This document shows, in pieces, positions 16,888-25,927 of a DNA stretch of 33,138 nucleotides. The position numbers and the translations under genes are program-made. How positions within the stretch are numbered: position 1 is the stretch's first letter; the number at the start of each line of letters is the position of its first letter. Under the pieces are notes generated by a model that was not told where the DNA came from, searched no databases, and saw nothing but the letters and a program-made list of their open reading frames with translations. Source of the stretch: an uncultured Haloferula sp. (GTDB taxonomy: Bacteria > Verrucomicrobiota > Verrucomicrobiia > Verrucomicrobiales > Akkermansiaceae); assembly GCA_965652295.1 (NCBI GenBank), contig CBFGTS010000025.1, forward strand, positions 1-33,138. The letters run 5' to 3'.

Positions 16888-17418
16888 ATGGCCATCGAAA
16901 TCTACGAAGCCTTCACCCCGGAGATCCACCCCACCGCCTTCGTCGCTCCCAGTGCCGATGTGATCGGGCGTGTGACGCTGCACGAGGAGTCCAGCGTGTG
17001 GTACCAAACCACCCTGCGCGGCGACATCAACGAGATCGTCATCGGCCCGCGCTCGAACATCCAGGACAACGCGGTGGTCCACCTGGCCGATGACTACGGC
17101 TGCTACGTGGGTGAGTTTGTGACCGTCGGCCACTCCGCGATCATCCACGCCTGCACCGTGAAGGACGAGGTGCTGGTCGGCATGGGCGCGATCATCCTGG
17201 ATGGCGCGGTGATCGGCGAGCGCTCGATCATTGGAGCCGGCGCGCTGGTCACCGGAGGCACCGTGATCCCGCCGGGCTCGCTGGTGCTGGGAAGCCCGGG
17301 GAAAGTGGTGCGCACGCTTTCCCTCGACGAGCAGAAGAACGTCAAATACTGGGCGGAGAAATACGTGATCCAGTCGCGCAAGTTCCTTTCACGGGGTGCG
17401 CCGCCCCATGGCACCTGA
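16888..17418 (+). CDS. Gamma carbonic anhydrase family (hexapeptide repeat) protein
   Basis: LRGDIN, SNIQDNAVVH, TVGHSAIIHAC, LVLGSPGKVVR. Confidence 0.93.
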   Translation: MAIEIYEAFTPEIHPTAFVAPSADVIGRVTLHEESSVWYQTTLRGDINEIVIGPRSNIQDNAVVHLADDYGCYVGEFVTVGHSAIIHACTVKDEVLVGMGAIILDGAVIGERSIIGAGALVTGGTVIPPGSLVLGSPGKVVRTLSLDEQKNVKYWAEKYVIQSRKFLSRGAPPHGT

Positions 17419-18259
17419 TCCCGTGAAGTCCCTGTTTTTCCTCCTTTCCCTCGTCCTCGCCGCTCACGGCAAAGTAGTACGAGATGTGCCATATGTGGAG
17501 GACGGCGCGGAGCAGCAGAAGCTCGACATCCACCTCCCCGTCCGTGCGGACCCGGGCCCGCATCCGGTGGTGATCGCCATCCACGGCGGCGGCTGGAGCC
17601 TCGGCCACCGGGCGATGTCCCGTTTCGTCCAGCCCAAGACCCGCTGGCTCAATAAGCAGGGTTTCATCGTCGTCTCCATCGGCTACCGGCTCTCGCCCGA
17701 GGTCCATCACCCGGCCCACATCCAGGACGTCTGCACCGCCATTGCCTGGGTGGGAAAAAACATCGACCGCTACCACGGCGATCCTTCCCAGCTCTACCTG
17801 CTGGGCCATTCCGCCGGCGCGCACCTCGCCGCCCTGGCAGGGACCGATGAGCAGCGGCTCAGGAAGGCGGGGACCGATCCCCAGTCGATCCGCGGGGTGA
17901 TTCTCCTCGATGGCGCGGCCTACGACATCCCTGCCGAACTCGCCGGCGGCATGGCTTTTCCCGCCCTGCGGCAGATGTATCTCGATGCCTTCACGAAGGA
18001 CCCCGAGGTCCAGCGCGACGCCTCTCCGTTTCATCACGCCGATCACCGCTGCCCGCCCTTTCTGATTCTCCACGTCGCTTCACGGAAAGCCTCGGCGTTC
18101 CAGTCCCACCGGCTGGGCGAAGCCCTGCGCAAACACGGCGGGTTCGCCGCCGTCATCGGAGTACCGGACAAAACCCACGGCACCCTCAGCCGCGACCTCG
18201 GCAAACGCGGCGATCCCGTCACCAAGGCCGTGGCCGCGTTTCTCGGGCTCGACCCGTGA
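17408..18259 (+). CDS. Alpha/beta hydrolase (HSL-like esterase), probably secreted
   Basis: HGGGW oxyanion motif, GHSAG nucleophile elbow, signal-like N-terminus (alternative GTG start at 17423). Confidence 0.88.
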   Translation: MAPDPVKSLFFLLSLVLAAHGKVVRDVPYVEDGAEQQKLDIHLPVRADPGPHPVVIAIHGGGWSLGHRAMSRFVQPKTRWLNKQGFIVVSIGYRLSPEVHHPAHIQDVCTAIAWVGKNIDRYHGDPSQLYLLGHSAGAHLAALAGTDEQRLRKAGTDPQSIRGVILLDGAAYDIPAELAGGMAFPALRQMYLDAFTKDPEVQRDASPFHHADHRCPPFLILHVASRKASAFQSHRLGEALRKHGGFAAVIGVPDKTHGTLSRDLGKRGDPVTKAVAAFLGLDP

Positions 18260-18283
18260 GGCGGAGTGTCGGAGCCTCGGGCC

Positions 18284-18700
18284 ATGAGCGATTTCTCACT
18301 CCATCCTCGCCTCGCCGCCGGCACCCACCCGCTCGGCCGCCTCGCCGGATGCCGCATCCTGCTCAAGGACAACGCCCATTTCCCCTGGCTCCTCATCGTC
18401 CCGGAGGTCTCCGCGGACGTGGAAGACCTCCATCAGCTCGACGCCGGCCGCTACGCGGAAATCACAACGCTGATCCGCTCGGTCAGCATCTGGATGGAGG
18501 CGCATTTCCGCCCCACGAAGCTCAACGTGGCCTGCATCGGCAACCAGGTCCGGCAGATGCATCTCCACCTCGTCGCCCGGAGCGAGGACGATGCCGCCTG
18601 GCCGGGAACGGTGTGGGCGTTTCCCGGAAAGAAGAGCTACGAGGACGATCAGGCTCAAGCGATCCTCGCCGCTTTCCGGACGGCCTTCCCCGACGCGTGA
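18284..18700 (+). CDS. HIT family protein
   Basis: FPWLLIVP, KLNVACIGNQVRQMHLHLVAR, AWPGTVW. Confidence 0.9.
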   Translation: MSDFSLHPRLAAGTHPLGRLAGCRILLKDNAHFPWLLIVPEVSADVEDLHQLDAGRYAEITTLIRSVSIWMEAHFRPTKLNVACIGNQVRQMHLHLVARSEDDAAWPGTVWAFPGKKSYEDDQAQAILAAFRTAFPDA

Positions 18701-18701
18701 G

Positions 18702-19055
18702 TCACTCGAAGAACGTGTCCTCGTGGCGGTAGGGAGGGGCGCAGCAGCACAGGAATCGCAGCGGCTCGGTGGCGCGGATCTGATGCCAGGCACCGGCGGG
18801 GATCAGGATGCCATCGCCGGGACCGACCTCGCGGCGTTCGCCGTCGATCTCCATTTCCCCGCGGCCGCCGAGGACGAAGTAGAATTCCTCGCTTTCACGG
18901 TGCCAGTGACGGTCGGTCGCGCCGCCAGCCGGAATCGAGGCCTCGGCGAGGCTCTGTTTTTCGACCGGCGCATTCGCCAAGTCCAGGATGCTGCGGATCG
19001 TCGATCCATCCTTGGTGGTGAACGGGGCCTGCTCGTCGAGGTTGCGGATTTCCAT
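18702..19055 (-). CDS. Cupin domain protein
   Basis: HWHRESEEFYFVLGG...IPAGAWH; start MEIRNLDEQAPFTTKDGS. Confidence 0.9.
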   Translation of the reverse strand: MEIRNLDEQAPFTTKDGSTIRSILDLANAPVEKQSLAEASIPAGGATDRHWHRESEEFYFVLGGRGEMEIDGERREVGPGDGILIPAGAWHQIRATEPLRFLCCCAPPYRHEDTFFE

Positions 19056-19080
19056 GGCGGGCATGCCAACGCGGGCCGGC

Positions 19081-19755
19081 TCACTCGCCAAGAAAAACGT
19101 AATCCTCCGCCACCCGGTTGAGCGAACGACGGGCCTCGGGCAGGCACTCGGAAAGCCCGCCCAACACCCGCCGCGGCAGATCCCGCGGCGCGTTCGGGCT
19201 TTCCGCCACGTCATGGAAAGCGCGGCGGGCGAAGCTCTCGTAGAACTCCACCCCCGGAGCTCCGCAACGCTCGGCCCGGCGTTCGAGGAAGCCCGGGAAG
19301 AGGCCGGTGAGGACGAGGAATTGATTTCCCGCCGCGAGCTGGAGGTGGAAACGCAGCCGGCCATGGGCGTTTTCCATGATCGCTACGAAATCCACTGCGT
19401 GGACCAGCCCGCTGGGAATGCCTTTCAAAGCGTCGTCGGGAGCGCTCGCCACCCTCTCACTCAAGACTCCGGCCACGTAATCCGCGATGCCGGCATCCTC
19501 GATGCCCGCCTTCAGGAAGGCGTGCCGCACCAGCACGTAGAAATAGAAGTGGGGCGACACCTTCAACGCCCCCGGCGCTTCCAGCAGTGCACGCAGCACC
19601 CTTTTCAGGTCGAGCATCTCGCGCAGGGCCTCCGGGTCCTCCCACAACGCTCCCATCTGTCGGCGTTCCTCCCCGGCCGCGAGACACTCCATCAGAAACT
19701 CGAAATCCGCTCCGGTGAAGCGGTCCCGACTGGAAGGGAACCAAGAACCCAGCAT
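19081..19755 (-). CDS. Conserved hypothetical protein
   Basis: Protein-like composition (VSPHFYFYVLVRH, ADYVA, GNQFLVLTGLFP); co-oriented with the cupin gene; function not recognised. Confidence 0.7.
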   Translation of the reverse strand: MLGSWFPSSRDRFTGADFEFLMECLAAGEERRQMGALWEDPEALREMLDLKRVLRALLEAPGALKVSPHFYFYVLVRHAFLKAGIEDAGIADYVAGVLSERVASAPDDALKGIPSGLVHAVDFVAIMENAHGRLRFHLQLAAGNQFLVLTGLFPGFLERRAERCGAPGVEFYESFARRAFHDVAESPNAPRDLPRRVLGGLSECLPEARRSLNRVAEDYVFLGE

Positions 19756-19960
19756 ACGAGCGTTTTAGCAGAAAAAAGGCCACGTAGGGAAAGGAATTTT
19801 ATTTGGAAACCCAAACTAGTTCGGCGTGAGCGCCCGTCGCGCCGGGGATCTGGCGCTTCCGGGCCCGAGGGTGTTTTGTCTTGCCCCCTGATGCTCAAAC
19901 GGCTACGGCGGCCGCGTCGTTCCCCGCCCGGGGGGCGGCCAGGCAACCAGAACCACCACG

Positions 19961-20407
19961 ATGAAGCACCAATCGCTTACCACGATCCTGGCACTCGTCG
20001 GAGCAATGATCCTGAGCTCCTGCGCCACTCATGCCGGTCAGACCCAGAGCCAAGCGTCCAAGGGCGAGACCGACTGGGCCGTCAGATCCGTCCAGCACGG
20101 AAAGGCGTCCTGGTATGGGATCCGCTGCAATGGCGGCACCCACACCGCCAGCGGCGAGCGCCTCAACAACAGCGCCTCGACCGCCGCCCACAAGACGCTT
20201 CCCATGGGAACCCGGGTCCGTGTGACCAATCTCTCCAACGGCAAGACCGAAATCGTCCGGATCACCGACCGCGGACCGTACACCCGCGGACGGATCATCG
20301 ATGTGACCGAAGGCGTGGCGAAGCGCCTCGGCTTCTTCGGGCGGGGCATCACGCCGGTGAAAGTGGAGGTTCTCAAGAAGAACCCCATCGATGGCGGCCG
20401 GGCCTGA
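19961..20407 (+). CDS. rlpA: RlpA-family (DPBB) lytic transglycosylase lipoprotein, no SPOR domain
   Basis: Lipobox LSSC, GKASWYG, TASGE, AAHKTLPMGT, ITDRGP, RIIDV. Confidence 0.9.
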   Translation: MKHQSLTTILALVGAMILSSCATHAGQTQSQASKGETDWAVRSVQHGKASWYGIRCNGGTHTASGERLNNSASTAAHKTLPMGTRVRVTNLSNGKTEIVRITDRGPYTRGRIIDVTEGVAKRLGFFGRGITPVKVEVLKKNPIDGGRA

Positions 20408-20434
20408 AGCCGGATGGATCCTCCTTTTTCCTAT

Positions 20435-20474
20435 GGGCGCTCCCTCACGCGGGAGCGCCCGCATTTTTTCTTTT
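20435..20474 (+). terminator. Rho-independent terminator after rlpA
   Basis: Stem GGGCGCTCCC / GGGAGCGCCC followed by GCATTTTTTCTTTT. Confidence 0.75.
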
Positions 20475-20538
20475 CCGCCTGCAAGACAGGCAACGACGTT
20501 GAGTTCGAGACGTGATCGGGTAGTCCGATCAGACCCCG

Positions 20539-20973
20539 ATGCCGATTCCCGAGCCACAGCGGGTCTACCGCTCCCTGCCCCACAAGCGATCCTTCTATGG
20601 TGCCATGCTGTTCTCAGCGTTGTGGTTCCTCACGGTCGTCGGCGCGCTCACCCTCGCGTTTTTCTTCGTTTTCCAAGAGGACCGCAGCCTGGGCATTCCG
20701 CTGATCCTGACGATGTCGGGCTCCGCGGTCTTCTGGCTCATCGCCTACGCCCACCGCCGTTCGGTGCGCTGTCCGCTCTGCAAGGGAACTCCGCTGCTCG
20801 ACAACCGCGCGGCGAAGCATTCGAGGGCACGGAGGGTCTTCCCCCTCAACTACGGCTCCACCGCGCTGCTCACGCTTCTGCTCAGCCAGCGTTTCCGCTG
20901 CATGTTCTGTGGAAACCCCTTCGATCTCCTGAAAAAGCCCGGCAACGGTTTCGGCCGGGATCAGGATCGCTGA
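20539..20973 (+). CDS. Hypothetical membrane protein with two CxxC pairs
   Basis: Two TM helices, then CPLC and CMFC. Confidence 0.7.
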   Translation: MPIPEPQRVYRSLPHKRSFYGAMLFSALWFLTVVGALTLAFFFVFQEDRSLGIPLILTMSGSAVFWLIAYAHRRSVRCPLCKGTPLLDNRAAKHSRARRVFPLNYGSTALLTLLLSQRFRCMFCGNPFDLLKKPGNGFGRDQDR

Positions 20974-22364
20974 CCCGCTCCCTGGTGGACCAGCGCTGAG
21001 CGCTGCGCGACTTCCGGCACGTAGTCCCGCCAGTTGGGATCGCCCTCGCGGATCATCTGCATGATGTCGCGCCCGGTGTACTGCAGCAGGTCGAGGTCCC
21101 GGTAAGGCACGCTGCGGATCATGTGGTTCTCCACGAAATGCCGGTAGAGATGGTGGGATTCATCCGGCGCACGGAAGGAGTGCGCGGTGACCACCTCGCC
21201 GGTGCGGCGGTTCCGCCACGGGTAGACGTAAAGCGAAACCTGGTTGCGGAACAGGCGGCCGAAGGACTCCAGCAGGCCGCCCGGCAGGTTCTCCGACCAC
21301 TTGGTTTTGAACAGCTCGTTCAAGAGCCCGATGCTCAGGACGAGCCCGACCGGCTGGGTGGTGTAGCGGCTCAGGTAGCCGGAAATCCGGTGGAATTCGG
21401 CGTGACGGCTGATCAGCACCGATTTCCCCAAAGCCTGGAGCGCGTCCACGCGATCGATGAAATCCACGTGATCCACCTCGCCGCCACGCAGCAGATTCGT
21501 CATCGAAATCTCACAGAGCTCCAGCGTCCGGCCGCGATCCTCTTCCGCCAGCGAGGCCTCGAAGCCTTCCCGCGTCTGCTCCAACATCTCCAGGTGCAGC
21601 CGGGTGACCGGATCGAAGCTCCCGCGCAGCAGCAGGATCGGGCGCTTGTAGAGGGCATCCGCCGCCTGCTCCAGCTCGCCGCTCGCCGGGAACAAGGTCG
21701 CCTCGGTCAGCCCGCTTTCCACGAGCTGCAGCGCACAGAGCCGGTTGTCGAAAAAGTCGTAGCCGTGCCCCTGGAACTTCAGCATGTCCACCTCCACCCG
21801 GCCGTGGGCGAGGTTCTCGGTGAGGGAGAGCGCGAACTGGCGCAGGCTCTGACGGTGGTGGAAGACGGCGTGGATGAAATTCACGCCCACCACGCCGAGC
21901 GCCTCCATCTGATCCACGTTGGCATCATCCAACAGGCGGACGTGGATGTAGATGTCGGACGGCGGGTCCTTCGGTTTGAGCTGGAAACGCACGCCCAGCC
22001 AGCCGTGGCACTCGCCCCGGTCGCGGTAGCCGCGGGCCCGCACCGTGTTGCAGAAAGAGAAGAAGGTCGTCGCCTCGCCCCGCGCCGGTCCCAGCCGCTC
22101 CTCAAGGATGCCGAACTCGTGCTCCAGCATCTGGCCCAGCCGTTGGCGGGAGACGTAACGCGGGCTCTTGCCATAGATGGCATCGCTCATCGTCATGTCG
22201 TAGGCGGAGATCGTCTTGGCCACCGTCCCGGCCGAGCCGGACACGCGGAAAAACCAGTTGGCGGTTTCCTGCCCGGCACCGATTTCCGCGAAGGTCCCGT
22301 AGACCGTCGGGTCGAGGTTCAGCTGAAGGGCTTTGTCGTAAATGTTCTGCGTTTCTCGCGTCAT
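20961..22364 (-). CDS. Uncharacterised protein with a CinA-like N-terminus and a HIGH-superfamily nucleotidyltransferase-like C-terminus
   Basis: YGTFAEIGAGQE...GSAGTVAKTISAYD; C-terminal LLRGSFDPVTRLH. ATG at 22364 overlaps the upstream stop (ATGA). Confidence 0.75.
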   Translation of the reverse strand: MTRETQNIYDKALQLNLDPTVYGTFAEIGAGQETANWFFRVSGSAGTVAKTISAYDMTMSDAIYGKSPRYVSRQRLGQMLEHEFGILEERLGPARGEATTFFSFCNTVRARGYRDRGECHGWLGVRFQLKPKDPPSDIYIHVRLLDDANVDQMEALGVVGVNFIHAVFHHRQSLRQFALSLTENLAHGRVEVDMLKFQGHGYDFFDNRLCALQLVESGLTEATLFPASGELEQAADALYKRPILLLRGSFDPVTRLHLEMLEQTREGFEASLAEEDRGRTLELCEISMTNLLRGGEVDHVDFIDRVDALQALGKSVLISRHAEFHRISGYLSRYTTQPVGLVLSIGLLNELFKTKWSENLPGGLLESFGRLFRNQVSLYVYPWRNRRTGEVVTAHSFRAPDESHHLYRHFVENHMIRSVPYRDLDLLQYTGRDIMQMIREGDPNWRDYVPEVAQRSALVHQGAGQRS

Positions 22365-23494
22365 GGACGTTCCCCGGAAATAACCCAGGACTCGGAGCGG
22401 ACATCCTCGATGATCACCTGCCGGTCCGATTCCGTGCGGGCGGGGTAGCGCACCCTCACCGTCACGGTGTTCCGCTCGGGCGGGATCGTCCCCAGGGTGC
22501 GGGCGGCGACGCTGCCCGCGGCCGCGTATCCATACAGGTAATCCGCGCCATCCGGCGTCTCGAGGCGGAAGCAATCCCACATCCCGTCGTCGGAAAAACC
22601 GAAGTTATAGTAGTTCGATTTGAAATACTTGGCCCGCAGAAGAGCGGGCTCCGGCGGCTTGGTTTCGCGCAAACCGGCCACGCCCACCGGGGACCAGCCG
22701 ACGGTGGCTTCCCAGTCGACCTTCCACGCATCCGCCTCCTTGGCCAGCCATACGCAGTAGGTCTCGAAGTTTTCGTCCCGGATGGCCACGCCCACCCGGT
22801 CGCCGGCGGCCGCGAACGGGATGTTCCAAAGGATTTCACGCAACGCTCCCGGCCGCCGTTCGCCAGCCGCCTCCGCCCGGATGCGGGGACCGGTGAGATC
22901 CGAATGCAGCACCCACGGGAGCATGCCTTCCACGCCCTCGCTCTCGAAACATCCCCGGATTGCAGGTTCCAGCTCCGCGATATCGACCTGCGGCGCGGTT
23001 TCCTCCGGCTCGACCGGGGTTTCGACGATCTCCGGCCGGATGGCCTCATGCGTGGACCGTGTGGCCGTCTCGCGCGCGTTTTCGGCCTTGTCGTTCTGCC
23101 TGCCACTCCACACCAGCCCGGCCACCAGCAGCACGCCCAGCGTGACCGCCGATGCGACCACCACGCGCACAATCAGGGGATCGACCGGCTCCTTCTTGGA
23201 AAACGTTTCGTCAAATTCATCGGAACGCTTCATCGGCCCGTGCCCGTGCCCGTGGTGGGGTGCGGCGTCCAACGGGCCGCGGGCTCCCACCACCAGGGGC
23301 GGGAGCGCCTCGCCCTCCGTCGGTAACTTCAGCATCCGGTGGCAGGCGGGACAGACCACGCCGCGTCCGTCGTGATCCCCCGCCACGCGGAAGACTTGCC
23401 GGCACTCAGGGCAGACAAAGGCATTCCAACGGCGGGTGGTGGCAGGCGTATCCGGCACAGGCAGACGATGTCCCGAATTTCCCTTCGGAGGCAA
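22361..23494 (-). CDS. Hypothetical bitopic protein with an N-terminal Zn-ribbon (CPEC...CPAC)
   Basis: Two CxxC motifs, one TM helix (VVVASAVTLGVLLVAGLVW), WKVDWE and YYNFGF motifs. Start uncertain. Confidence 0.72.
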   Translation of the reverse strand: MPPKGNSGHRLPVPDTPATTRRWNAFVCPECRQVFRVAGDHDGRGVVCPACHRMLKLPTEGEALPPLVVGARGPLDAAPHHGHGHGPMKRSDEFDETFSKKEPVDPLIVRVVVASAVTLGVLLVAGLVWSGRQNDKAENARETATRSTHEAIRPEIVETPVEPEETAPQVDIAELEPAIRGCFESEGVEGMLPWVLHSDLTGPRIRAEAAGERRPGALREILWNIPFAAAGDRVGVAIRDENFETYCVWLAKEADAWKVDWEATVGWSPVGVAGLRETKPPEPALLRAKYFKSNYYNFGFSDDGMWDCFRLETPDGADYLYGYAAAGSVAARTLGTIPPERNTVTVRVRYPARTESDRQVIIEDVRSESWVISGERP

Positions 23495-23511
23495 GAAGGC
23501 GCCAATGGTTT

Positions 23512-25926
23512 TTATTCCGGCGCGATCTCAAGCCGCCGCGGCCGCGGAAGGCTCAGTTCCTCAAGGGGGTCGTTCAGATCGAAAGAATCCAACACGTTCG
23601 TGCGTTCCCGCCGCACGCGCACCTTCGGCACGTCATCCTCGGTGATCTGGATCGCGTGATACGGATCGTCACCGATCAGTGCGGGCTTCTTCGGCTGCAC
23701 CGGCGAAGCATCGATCACCGCCAGCGAGGTCAGATCGAGTGCGCCCCGCGCGGGGTCCTCCGGCGCGGAGCCGGAGTGGACCGGACAGAAGGGCAGCTTT
23801 TCGGTCCCCTTGCGGAAATATTCGCGGATCCCCGCCGGACGCGACCGGCTGTATCCCGTCACAGGGTCCTCGAACGGCTCGTAGCAGTAGGGCGTGACCC
23901 GCTCGCCGGAAATGCGGCAGATCTCCACCTCCACCACCGACTCCGGCTGCGGGATGCTGCGTCCTCCGAAGTGTTTGCTTGCGCGGTTCATCGCCTCCAC
24001 CCACACGGGCATGGTCAGGTCGCGGGCGAACGCCCCCTCGTAGATCGGGTCGTCCGAGTTCAGGAAACCCATCCACACGCCACAGGTCACGCGGCCGTTG
24101 TAGCCCAGCGTCCAGGCATCGGAGAAATGGTGCGTGGTGCCGGTCTTGCACGCTCCGTTGAAGGGCGCTTCCACCAGCGAATCCAGCACACCCGCCGCGC
24201 TGCCGCGGGTCATCCCGCCCTGCAGGATGCTATGCACCTGAAAGGCACTGGCCGGGCTGATCGCCGGCTCGCCGGTGGTCTCGGAGGCCGGGCGATCATA
24301 GCGGACCGAACCCCGCGAGTCCCGCACGCTCTGAACGTACCAGGTTTTCGTGGGACCCAGCCTGCCCTGCCGAGCGAAGGCCGTGTAGGCGCGCACCGCC
24401 TCCCGCAGGGACACCGGCTCCCAACCCACCGCCAACCGTGGAAGCAACTCCGCATCCGCCATCGGCAGGCCGAAATCCACCGCCGTCTTCCGCACCTTTT
24501 CGAGGCCCACCTCGTTTGCCACCCGCACCGTGGCCGCCACCTTCGAGCACTCCAGCGCCCGCCGCAGGGTCACGTCGCCCTCGTAGCGCGGATTCTGAAC
24601 CTCCATGCCCCACTCACCGAGAATCCCCTCGCGCCCGCCAACCATCACCGCCCGGTTGTCCATCGCCTCGTCCTGAACGTGGGTGGCCGGTGTTTGGCCG
24701 CTCTCCAGCGCCGCCGCATACACCATCGGAAAAAACGCCGTGCCCATGGGCCGCCGGCCTTGCTCGACCACGTCGAAGGGAACCTGTGCGTAGTCGCGCC
24801 CGCCCACGTGGGCGATCACGCCGCCGTTGCGCTGGTCCACCATCAGCACGCCCCCTTGGAGCCACTGCTTCGGATTTCCCTGGCCATGCTTCGGACGCGT
24901 GAACCCCGCATGGTTCTCCGCCTGCCGCAACATCGCCTGCAGCTTCGTTTCCGCCGCCTGCTGGACACTCGTATCGATCGAGGTGCGGATGGTGTATCCC
25001 CCTTCCGCCAGCGCTTCGTCGCCGAGCAACAGGCGGATCTCCATCGCGATCCGCTCGTAAAGGTGGGTGGTTCCCCGGCGCAGGGGTTTCGGGTTCAGCT
25101 TGATGGGATCCGCGCGCATGCGGGCGGCTTCGGCGGGCGAGATCATGTCGAGCTTCATCATCCGCTCGATCACCATGTTCCGTGCATGCCGGCAGGCCTG
25201 CATGTCATTCAGCGGGGAAAGCCCGGTCGGATTCTTGATCAGGCCGACGATGGTCGCGCACTCGCCGTCCGTCAGGTCCTCGGGTTCCTTGCCGAAGTAG
25301 CCCAGCGAGGCCGACCGGATCCCGTAGTAGCCGCTGCCGAAATAGATGCGGTTCAGGTAGAACTCGAGAATCTCCCGTTTGCTGTAAACCGTCTCGATCC
25401 GCTGCGCCAGGAAGGCCTCCACCAGTTTCCGCTCCAGGCCCCGCTCATTGCGCTTCCTCCGCTCCGCCTCCAGATCGTACGCGCCGCGGGCGAGCTGCTG
25501 GGTGATCGTCGAGGCACCCGAGACCGCTTCGCGGAAACGCACCCAGTCGATCGCCGCCCGGACGATCCCGAGGTAGTCGACGCCCCGGTGGTCGAAGTAG
25601 CGTTTGTCTTCCCCGGCCCGCAGCGCGGCGATGAAGCGGTCCGGCACCTTGTCGATGCCGATCATGCTGCGGTTCTGGACGAAGATCCGCCCGAGTTCGC
25701 CGCCGTTGCGGCCCACGATCACGCTCGGAACCTCGACCTTGCCGATCAGGCTAAGGTCGTAGGTGGCGGCTCGCTGACGGTAGGGCTCCAGGTGCTCGTT
25801 CGCCACGAATGCCCCGATCACGCCGGACACGACGATCACGAGCATGACGAAAACCCAGAAGCCTTTCCTCTTGAAGAAGAACGGACGCTTCCGCTTGTTC
25901 CGGGTGGCATTGGCGGCTTTTGACAT
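23512..25926 (-). CDS. Class A penicillin-binding protein (GT51 transglycosylase plus degenerate transpeptidase domain)
   Basis: TM anchor; GT51 motifs EDKRYFDHRGVD, GASTITQQLAR, RKLVE, KREILEFYLNRIYFG; KTG present. Start MSKAANATR. Confidence 0.9.
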   Translation of the reverse strand: MSKAANATRNKRKRPFFFKRKGFWVFVMLVIVVSGVIGAFVANEHLEPYRQRAATYDLSLIGKVEVPSVIVGRNGGELGRIFVQNRSMIGIDKVPDRFIAALRAGEDKRYFDHRGVDYLGIVRAAIDWVRFREAVSGASTITQQLARGAYDLEAERRKRNERGLERKLVEAFLAQRIETVYSKREILEFYLNRIYFGSGYYGIRSASLGYFGKEPEDLTDGECATIVGLIKNPTGLSPLNDMQACRHARNMVIERMMKLDMISPAEAARMRADPIKLNPKPLRRGTTHLYERIAMEIRLLLGDEALAEGGYTIRTSIDTSVQQAAETKLQAMLRQAENHAGFTRPKHGQGNPKQWLQGGVLMVDQRNGGVIAHVGGRDYAQVPFDVVEQGRRPMGTAFFPMVYAAALESGQTPATHVQDEAMDNRAVMVGGREGILGEWGMEVQNPRYEGDVTLRRALECSKVAATVRVANEVGLEKVRKTAVDFGLPMADAELLPRLAVGWEPVSLREAVRAYTAFARQGRLGPTKTWYVQSVRDSRGSVRYDRPASETTGEPAISPASAFQVHSILQGGMTRGSAAGVLDSLVEAPFNGACKTGTTHHFSDAWTLGYNGRVTCGVWMGFLNSDDPIYEGAFARDLTMPVWVEAMNRASKHFGGRSIPQPESVVEVEICRISGERVTPYCYEPFEDPVTGYSRSRPAGIREYFRKGTEKLPFCPVHSGSAPEDPARGALDLTSLAVIDASPVQPKKPALIGDDPYHAIQITEDDVPKVRVRRERTNVLDSFDLNDPLEELSLPRPRRLEIAPE

Positions 25927-25927
25927 G

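Noticed and set aside
18988..20502. 504-aa plus-strand ORF
   Set aside because: Overlaps the hypothetical gene antisense and rlpA out of frame; low-complexity Arg/Pro-rich translation.
20961..22364. TonB-dependent receptor label (recalled as sometimes applied to similar proteins)
   Set aside because: No signal peptide, plug, beta-barrel pattern or C-terminal Phe.
23152..25923. 923-aa plus-strand ORF
   Set aside because: Antisense shadow of the PBP gene; no motifs; long shadow ORFs are expected in high-GC DNA.
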